Positions 57,582-64,000 of a stretch of 64,000 nt of DNA are shown one piece after another. Origin of the DNA: Fibrobacterota bacterium (GTDB lineage Bacteria > Fibrobacterota > Fibrobacteria > UBA11236). Position 1 is the first letter of the stretch. The number at the start of each line of letters is the position of its first letter. A program made the position numbers and the translations under genes. The stretch lies in contig CANKII010000001.1 of NCBI GenBank assembly GCA_947482115.1, positions 577,840 through 641,839 on the forward strand. Reading direction: 5' to 3'. The notes beneath the pieces are model-generated. The model was not told the DNA's origin and made no database searches. It was given only the letters and a program-made list of their open reading frames with translations.

Positions 57582-58512
57582 AACGGAACAAAACCCTTCG
57601 GGGGATTTCGCTCCACGTATTGCCGGCTATTTCGGCGTTCTGATCATTCTCGGATTCGCAATCTGGTTTGCAACCCTTCTCATCCATGAAGCCTACCGCT
57701 ACGACCGCATCCTTCGGGTTCAATTTCCGGAATTGGGAACCTTGATTGTCGAAGATCCCGTGGTTCGAAACGGAGTTCCGATCGGCCGCGTCAAAAGCCT
57801 CACCCTCCAAAACGGACAGGCTTTGGCTGAACTGGAATTATTCCATCGCGATTTCATTCCGGCTGATTCCCGTTTCATCAACTTCAACCATTCCCTCATG
57901 GGCGCGCGAATGGTGGTGCTCCTGCCCGGAAGTTCAAAAAACCCCCTCGACGAAGCGACTATTCAAACGGGATTTTTCGCCGATGGCGTGGCGGAATCTC
58001 TCCGTCGCGTAAATGATCTTCTTGCGACTGTCGCGACCATCCGCGCTCAAATCGACCAACTCACCAGCGGTCCCAATGCCGCCATCTCCCCCGCCCTGTT
58101 GAACCACTTGAACGACAATGCCCTGCAATTAAATAGGCTGGCTTTGAAAGTGGACCAAGGTGGAAAATCCCTCCGGGCGGGGCTGGAAAGCTGGGTTCAT
58201 GCGGAGTACGCTTTGCAAAAAGGATTGACAACCGTTCATTCCGGCATGGACTCCTCGGAAAAGCAAATCACCACCTTTCTGAACTCTGCAAACGCCGCCG
58301 AACAACAGGTGGACATGCTCTTGAGTTCCGCAGAAAAACTTCTTGTGGGCGTTCAGGATTCCACCGGCATAACCCATTCCCTGCTGAACGATCCCAAGGT
58401 GTATGACAACATCAAGACATCGTTGGTCGTTCTTGACAGCGCCCTGCGCATCCTTCAGGGAGATGGTTTGCATCATGTGGTAGGCTGGAAAAACATCCAC
58501 TTCTTCAAATGA
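57574..58512 (+). CDS. MCE/MlaD-domain membrane-anchored protein
   Basis: N-terminal TM anchor, an MCE-like beta-barrel region (TLIVEDPVVRNGVPIGRVKSL) and a helical C-terminus. It overlaps the upstream gene by 8 nt. Confidence 0.5.
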   Translation: MPETEQNPSGDFAPRIAGYFGVLIILGFAIWFATLLIHEAYRYDRILRVQFPELGTLIVEDPVVRNGVPIGRVKSLTLQNGQALAELELFHRDFIPADSRFINFNHSLMGARMVVLLPGSSKNPLDEATIQTGFFADGVAESLRRVNDLLATVATIRAQIDQLTSGPNAAISPALLNHLNDNALQLNRLALKVDQGGKSLRAGLESWVHAEYALQKGLTTVHSGMDSSEKQITTFLNSANAAEQQVDMLLSSAEKLLVGVQDSTGITHSLLNDPKVYDNIKTSLVVLDSALRILQGDGLHHVVGWKNIHFFK

Positions 58513-58516
58513 TCCC

Positions 58517-59545
58517 ATGCTAAAGTCTTTATCCAGCCTTGTTTTCATCGCACTGTGCGTTCTGACCTGCAGTCCGTCCTCTTCCATCACATCCCCGTTT
58601 CAAAATCCCGCGCAGGGAGATACGGATTATGCGATCCAAGGCGAATACCTTGGAACCAATGTCGCCACGGGATTGGCGATGGGCGCTCAGGTGATGGCTC
58701 AGGGACAGGGAACCTTTGCGCTTTTACTGCTCGATGGTGGATTACCTGGGCAGGGTTGGAATGGAAACGGAAGAAAAAGCTTTTCGGGAAACCGGCAGGG
58801 AAATTCGGCAATCTTTGTCCAAAGCAGCTTCAATCTATCCGTTGGAGTTACGGGTGATTCCCTGACAGGAACCAATGAGTTGGGACAGACTTTACGACTC
58901 GTCAAAGTTCACCGCCAAAGTCCCACGTTAAATCAGACGCCGCCTGCCGAAGCCACCGTACTTTTTGACGGAACCTCCGTCGCCGCATGGGCCGACGCCG
59001 TGCTGGATTCCAATCACATCATGTTTGTCAACATCGGTTCCAGTGGAGCCACGACATTGCAGTCGTTTACCGACTTCACTTTGCATCTGGAATTTCGTCT
59101 GCCCTTCGAACCGGACGCATCAGGACAGGGACGCGGGAATAGCGGCATCTATTTGCAAAAGCGGTATGAGTTGCAGATTCTCGACAGCTTCGGTCAAAGT
59201 CTGCCCTACCTGTTTGCCGCAGATACGATTGAACCCAAGCGCCAATGCGGAGCGTTCTATGAACAAAGCGCACCGCTGGTCAACATGGCCTTTCCTCCTT
59301 TGACCTGGCAAACCTACGACATCCAGTTCACGTCGGCGCGATGGGATTCCACGGGACACAAAATTCAAAATGCCAAGGTCACCGTTCAACAGAACGGAGT
59401 GGTGATCCATCAGGATCGTATCCTGTCAAATTCCACATTGGCAGGCAGCCCGGAATCTTCCAGTCCAAGTCCGCATCTTTTGCAATACCACGGCCATGAA
59501 ATTGCATTCCGGAACATCTGGATTACTAGGTTTTCCCCACCATGA
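58517..59545 (+). CDS. Secreted DUF1080 (3-keto-disaccharide hydrolase-like / LamG-like jellyroll) protein
   Basis: Signal peptide. The GNSGIYLQKRYELQILDSFG core is typical of DUF1080, as is the C-terminal ...EIAFRNIWI. Confidence 0.6.
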   Translation: MLKSLSSLVFIALCVLTCSPSSSITSPFQNPAQGDTDYAIQGEYLGTNVATGLAMGAQVMAQGQGTFALLLLDGGLPGQGWNGNGRKSFSGNRQGNSAIFVQSSFNLSVGVTGDSLTGTNELGQTLRLVKVHRQSPTLNQTPPAEATVLFDGTSVAAWADAVLDSNHIMFVNIGSSGATTLQSFTDFTLHLEFRLPFEPDASGQGRGNSGIYLQKRYELQILDSFGQSLPYLFAADTIEPKRQCGAFYEQSAPLVNMAFPPLTWQTYDIQFTSARWDSTGHKIQNAKVTVQQNGVVIHQDRILSNSTLAGSPESSSPSPHLLQYHGHEIAFRNIWITRFSPP

Positions 59546-60012
59546 CGGAAACCCTGCAAGAGGACATTCGTAAAATCCTGGATCGCCAGGGAACCATGGA
59601 CCCGACTTTCAATTCCATCGCCTGTAAAATTGTTGAAGAGTTCGACGCCAAAATCGGTGTCATTTATACTCTCGACGCGGGCACAGGCATGTTGAAACTC
59701 CGCTGTCATTGCGGGATCGAAAAGGAAGCCGCCGGGAAACTTCGCTTCCTGTGCATGGGCAAGGACATTCCCGGCCAGGTCGCCGCCACACGGAAAGCCA
59801 TTCAAGGCTGCCATCAAAGCGAATCCGGAGTGAAATCTTCCGGTCCCGAGTTTGAAGTCTTTACGGCAGGAACGCTTTTCGTCCCCATGCTCCATGAAAA
59901 CGCCATGATGGGAGTGCTCGGCATCGGCAAGGGGTTTCACCGTGAATACGCCCCCGATGAAATCGCCTCCCTCACCTCAATCGCCCATCTCATCGCCGCT
60001 TATCTGAAATAA
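59542..60012 (+). CDS. GAF-domain protein
   Basis: 156 aa. GAF-like pattern (VIYTLDAGTGMLKLR...AMMGVLGIG...APDEIASLTSIAHLIAAYL). Its start overlaps the upstream stop. Confidence 0.55.
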   Translation: MTETLQEDIRKILDRQGTMDPTFNSIACKIVEEFDAKIGVIYTLDAGTGMLKLRCHCGIEKEAAGKLRFLCMGKDIPGQVAATRKAIQGCHQSESGVKSSGPEFEVFTAGTLFVPMLHENAMMGVLGIGKGFHREYAPDEIASLTSIAHLIAAYLK

Positions 60013-60027
60013 AGTGAAATAGCCGCC

Positions 60028-61491
60028 ATGTTCTCCTTGTGGGATTGGATTGTGGTCGCCGTTTATTTCGCTGCCATGGCTGGCATCGGCGCGTACTTCT
60101 CCAGAAAAAACCGCAACTTCAAAGATTTCATGTTTGGCGGCGGCAACATGCCGTGGTTTGCCGTGGGTATTTCCCTCATCGCCACCTCCGTCAGCGCCAA
60201 TACCTTCCTGGGCAATCCCGCCGACTCATATGCCAACGACATGCGGCTGTTGATGTTGAATTTCGGTTCCCTCGCCGCCATCGTCATAGTGGGAACTTTT
60301 TTCATTCCCCGCTATCGTGCCAGTGGAATCAAATCCGCCTACGAGCTTTTGGAAATCCGGTTTTCAAAACCCGTGCGAACACTCGCAGCCTCGCTTTATT
60401 CCTGTCATTTACTATTACGGATGGGAATGCTGATTTATGCTCCTTCGCTGGTGCTGATGAAAATCACCGGAGTTCCCTTCTGGGCGGCGGCTATCAGCAT
60501 GGGGCTCTTCGCCATGCTCTACACTTCGCTCGGTGGAATTAAAGCCGCGACCACCACAGACATCATCCAATTCTGCATCTTCTTCGGCGGCGGACTACTG
60601 TGCATTTATTTCTGTGCCAAGGGTGTGGGTTCTTTCGGAAAGACATGGGAACTGGCTCAAGCTGCAGGGAAAACACGCTGGTTGGATTTCACTTTTAATC
60701 CTGCAAGTGAACGGAATTTTTTCTCCGCGGCCATCGTGTACATCGTTTTCGAAGTCGCCATTCGGGGTTGCGATCAACAATTCGTACAGCGATACCTTTC
60801 CACCAAAAGCGTGCGCACGGCGAATTACTCCTCCATCACCTCTTCCCTATTGGGAATTTGTGTGGGCATCGTATTCTTTACGGTCGGCGCATTTCTCTAT
60901 GTGTATTTCCAAGTGGCGCATGTCGAAGCATTGCCGGTCACCAAAGTCAACGAGGTCCTCCCATATTTCATCATCCACGTTTTGCCACCGGGGGTGAAAG
61001 GCTTACTCGTTGCGGCTATCATGGCGGCGGACATGGGCGCTTTGAGCTCCGTATTAACCGCTTTGTCCAACACCACCGTTGTAGACTTGCTGCCACGCAC
61101 TCCCGGTGATGGCGAAATCAATCTCAGGAACGCCCGCAAGTGGGTTTTACTTTGGGGATTGCTGGGAATGGCCGCTTCGTTCGTTTGCGCCCTGGGAAAT
61201 ATCTCCATCCTATCCAAAGCATTGTTTTTCACATCACTGTTCAGTGGCCCATTACTCGGATTATTCTTGATGGCCTTCTTCCGGCCCAAACTTCATCCTA
61301 CCGCAGTCATTGTCGCAACCTTCGGCGGCATGGCCGTGCTGATGTTGTTTCTAAAAATCCCGGTATTGCCCGCAGGTTTGTGGAAACCTGTCTACGAAGT
61401 CTCATGGCCGTGGAATCCGTTGATTTCCATGACGGCGTCAATCACGATGGCACATGTGTTGAATTTGTTTTTTCGAAATCGACCCCGCTGA
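60028..61491 (+). CDS. Sodium:solute symporter (SSS family)
   Basis: 487 aa. 13-14 TM helices, an N-terminal SSF signature (GGGNMPWFAVGISLIATSVSANTFLG) and a GxxxG-rich core. Confidence 0.8.
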   Translation: MFSLWDWIVVAVYFAAMAGIGAYFSRKNRNFKDFMFGGGNMPWFAVGISLIATSVSANTFLGNPADSYANDMRLLMLNFGSLAAIVIVGTFFIPRYRASGIKSAYELLEIRFSKPVRTLAASLYSCHLLLRMGMLIYAPSLVLMKITGVPFWAAAISMGLFAMLYTSLGGIKAATTTDIIQFCIFFGGGLLCIYFCAKGVGSFGKTWELAQAAGKTRWLDFTFNPASERNFFSAAIVYIVFEVAIRGCDQQFVQRYLSTKSVRTANYSSITSSLLGICVGIVFFTVGAFLYVYFQVAHVEALPVTKVNEVLPYFIIHVLPPGVKGLLVAAIMAADMGALSSVLTALSNTTVVDLLPRTPGDGEINLRNARKWVLLWGLLGMAASFVCALGNISILSKALFFTSLFSGPLLGLFLMAFFRPKLHPTAVIVATFGGMAVLMLFLKIPVLPAGLWKPVYEVSWPWNPLISMTASITMAHVLNLFFRNRPR

Positions 61492-61515
61492 CTTCGACTC
61501 CGCTCAGTCAGCGGG
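61483..61515 (+). terminator. Hairpin overlapping the SSS-gene stop (ccccgctgact - tcgactccgctc - agtcagcggg)
   Basis: Read directly: 10-bp perfect arms in a convergent intergenic region. Followed by the T-containing ctgtttccc. Confidence 0.4.
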
Positions 61516-61527
61516 ACACTGTTTCCC

Positions 61528-61555
61528 GATCGTTGAGCGTAGTCGAAACGACCGG
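61528..61555. repeat. Hairpin element, type-2 core copy I (cgatcgt-TGAGCGTAGTCGAA-acgaccg)
   Basis: Read directly: arms complementary with one mismatch. It lies between the convergent SSS and DUF445 genes. Confidence 0.6.
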
Positions 61556-61575
61556 ATGCCCCTACCGTCGTTCGG

Positions 61576-62199
61576 TTACCGGTGTAAATACACCACATTG
61601 ACCACGGCTTGAATCACGCCGATGATCAAACCCAAAACGCCACCAATCAAGGCGATCTCGCCGAATTCCCGTTTCCCGATTTCCTCGATGATGTCATTCA
61701 ATTCTTCCACCTTGAACGCCAGAATATTACGACGAATGGTTTCCCGCAAATCGATTTTGTGTTCCAGCGTTTCGACAAGATTTTTTAAGAACCCTTCACT
61801 CTCTTCGGAGAATGCCTCCGCAATGCGATCGCGAATGCCATGCAATTTCTCCGGACTGACGAAGGCTTTGATCAATGGCATCGAGTCCAATATGCCGCCC
61901 AGTTTCTCCTCCCACTTTTCCACCAATAATTTCCGCATCGCTTCTTTGGGATCGACCTGGGAAAGGAAATTGAGAATGTCCTGCTCGGTGAGAAACTGTT
62001 TCGCGATGGCATCGGAAATCTTATCCGCAAGCTCGGCCTGACGTCGTGGCAGCAATCCCTGTATCTTGAATCCGAATACGTTGATGGGCCGCACCGGCTT
62101 CATCAGCAGTTTCACCGCCAGCCAGTTGGTGAAATAACCATGCGCTCCTGCAAGCACCATTGGAAGCAAAACAAGAGTCAATATGTGATCGATTCGCAT
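61576..62199 (-). CDS. DUF445 family membrane protein
   Basis: 207 aa. An N-terminal TM helix and the conserved GYFTNWLAVKLLMKP segment. Confidence 0.5.
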   Translation of the reverse strand: MRIDHILTLVLLPMVLAGAHGYFTNWLAVKLLMKPVRPINVFGFKIQGLLPRRQAELADKISDAIAKQFLTEQDILNFLSQVDPKEAMRKLLVEKWEEKLGGILDSMPLIKAFVSPEKLHGIRDRIAEAFSEESEGFLKNLVETLEHKIDLRETIRRNILAFKVEELNDIIEEIGKREFGEIALIGGVLGLIIGVIQAVVNVVYLHR

Positions 62200-62446
62200 T
62201 GCGTAATATCCTTCGACTCAAGGTTAATGCGTAATATAGCCCGTATTCGCCAATAACCTGTCTATTTGAAATGATGGCAATGTTTATTACTATTGCAACC
62301 CAGATCAGAGCACTCTCCCGATTTCCTCGACTTTCGCGAACCGCGTTTTTCCCCGCTTCGTTGACATCCTTGGATACCGGGCGGCCGCAACAGGGGAAGT
62401 ACCCCGCGACCGACGGAGACCAGATTCCACCCGGCAACCCAAGGAG

Positions 62447-63949
62447 TTGTTTGCCATGCATTTTAAAGAATTAAACCTTATTGAACCGATTCTCGCAGCC
62501 TTGAAAACAAAGGGCTACGAAGTACCCACCCCCATCCAGGCCGCCGCCATTCCGCCCATTTTACTGGGCCGCGATGTGCTCGGTTGCGCACAAACGGGAA
62601 CGGGTAAAACCGCTGCGTTCGCGCTTCCGGTGCTGCAAAACATCACACAGAAACAAGGAACAAAACAGGGTGCAATACGCGTTCTGGTTCTCTCACCCAC
62701 CCGCGAACTTGCCGTGCAAATCGGCGAAAGTTTCGCCGCCTATAGCAAGGGTTTGAAAGTTCGCGGCACCACGGTTTTCGGCGGTGTCAGTGACATGCCG
62801 CAAAAACAGAAATTGCGTCAGGGTGTGGACATTCTCGTCGCAACTCCCGGTCGTTTGATGGATCTTCACGCACAGCGGGCTTTGTCCCTTGACAAGGTTG
62901 AGATCCTTGTGTTGGACGAAGCGGATCGCATGATGGACATGGGATTCATTCACGACGTGCGCAAAATCGCCGCATTGATTCCTGCGCAGAGACAGACGTT
63001 GTTTTTTTCCGCCACCATGCCTCCGGAAATCCGCTCGCTCGCCAAGAGCCTGCTGCGCGATCCCGTGAATGTCGAAGTGGCTCCCGTTTCCGCCGCCGCG
63101 AATAACATTGAACAGGCCGTTTATATGGTATCGCGCAACAGCAAGCCGTCTTTGCTGCGGCATCTGTTGTCCGACACGTCCATCCGTCGCGCATTGGTGT
63201 TCACACGCACCAAACACGGTGCGGATCGCGTTTGCAAAACCTTGGAGCGCTACCGCATTTTCGCCGAAGCATTGCATGGCAACAAAACGCAGGGAGCGCG
63301 TCAGCGTGCCCTGTCGAACTTCAAAAGTGGACAGACCCGCATTCTCGTCGCCACCGACATCGCCTCGCGCGGCATTGACGTGACGGACATCTCCCACGTT
63401 TTCAATTTCGATTTGCCGGAAGTTCCGGAAACCTATGTGCATCGCATCGGCCGCACGGCCCGTGCAGGCGCATCGGGCATTGCCTATGCCTTCTGTGATT
63501 CCGAAGAGCGTTCGTATCTTCGCGGCATTGAGCGGCTTATTCGCCAGCAGTTGAAGATTGTGCCCCTGCCCGTCCTGGAAGAAACTTTGGCTCCGATTCC
63601 GCAATCCGAACCCGGAACCATGCGTCCACGCTCCGCAGCTCCGTCTCATCGCCCCGCATCTTCGGGACCGGGACGTCGCGAACCGGTGCGTGCGTACGGT
63701 CATGGTGGCGGACACGGTGGTGGTGGTTCCCGTCCGCGTTCCGAAGGCGCTGCACGTCCCCAACGGACTTACAGCAATGCTGCCGGTGGTTCTTCGCGTC
63801 CGCGTTTTGAAAGCGATTCGAATTCTGATTCCCAACGCCCGCAATCAAGGGATGGAGAAACCGTAGGTTCACAAGGCCAAGGTTCGCAGCATGGACGGAA
63901 GCCTTTCTGGCAGAAATCGCGTCCTACCGCCGGAAAACGCTACTCTTAA
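62447..63949 (+). CDS. DEAD-box ATP-dependent RNA helicase (RhlE/DeaD-like) with an Arg/Gly/Ser-rich C-terminal tail
   Basis: Q motif (FKELNLIEPILAAL...TPIQ), Walker A AQTGTGKT, DEAD box (VLDEADRM), SAT and HRIGRTARAG. Preceded by an ~245-nt leader. Confidence 0.9.
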   Translation: MFAMHFKELNLIEPILAALKTKGYEVPTPIQAAAIPPILLGRDVLGCAQTGTGKTAAFALPVLQNITQKQGTKQGAIRVLVLSPTRELAVQIGESFAAYSKGLKVRGTTVFGGVSDMPQKQKLRQGVDILVATPGRLMDLHAQRALSLDKVEILVLDEADRMMDMGFIHDVRKIAALIPAQRQTLFFSATMPPEIRSLAKSLLRDPVNVEVAPVSAAANNIEQAVYMVSRNSKPSLLRHLLSDTSIRRALVFTRTKHGADRVCKTLERYRIFAEALHGNKTQGARQRALSNFKSGQTRILVATDIASRGIDVTDISHVFNFDLPEVPETYVHRIGRTARAGASGIAYAFCDSEERSYLRGIERLIRQQLKIVPLPVLEETLAPIPQSEPGTMRPRSAAPSHRPASSGPGRREPVRAYGHGGGHGGGGSRPRSEGAARPQRTYSNAAGGSSRPRFESDSNSDSQRPQSRDGETVGSQGQGSQHGRKPFWQKSRPTAGKRYS

Positions 63950-64000
63950 TTTCAATTCCACCTACGATTTACTTGAACGTGACCGGGGGTGGAATTAGCT

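Overview
This 64-kb window looks like a moderately GC-rich bacterial chromosome with compact, overlapping genes and no rRNA, tRNA, CRISPR or transposase. The gene content points to an FCB-group-like organism, but that is a guess. Most of it is housekeeping: a paired M16 peptidase, an XPB-like helicase, lipoate ligase, rnc, acpP-fabG-fabD-fabH-plsX, rpmF-yceD, carB, recG, rplS-trmD-rimM, rpsP and ffh (with two genes inserted between rpsP and rimM), ilvC, a PPK2, leuB, a NodU-type carbamoyltransferase, ilvE, cimA, a class A PBP, trxB, thiD, an SSS transporter and a DEAD-box helicase. Much of the six-frame track is antisense to these genes and is not coding.

The most interesting unexplained signal is a family of at least nine small hairpin elements. 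Each has a conserved ~17-22 nt loop, CTGAGC-(CTG or GTAG)-TCGAAG(GG), between variable and often compensatory inverted-repeat arms. They occur in both orientations, both between genes and in frame inside genes: the lipoate ligase, the 5' end of the M16 peptidase, and three times in a BNR-repeat gene where they encode PSTGSGT.

Other notable features are: a second REP-like palindrome family (GGGCGACCCGGCGGGTCGCCC core, two copies with compensatory arm changes); a C7/G7/G7 hairpin-forming tract inserted in frame in recG; an Ile-rich leader peptide with antiterminator and terminator hairpins upstream of cimA; a 1469-aa protein of ~13 tandem Ig-like domains with near-identical internal repeats; and a lower-GC envelope locus at 41-50 kb with two GT-C-type membrane enzymes flanking secreted and lipoprotein genes.
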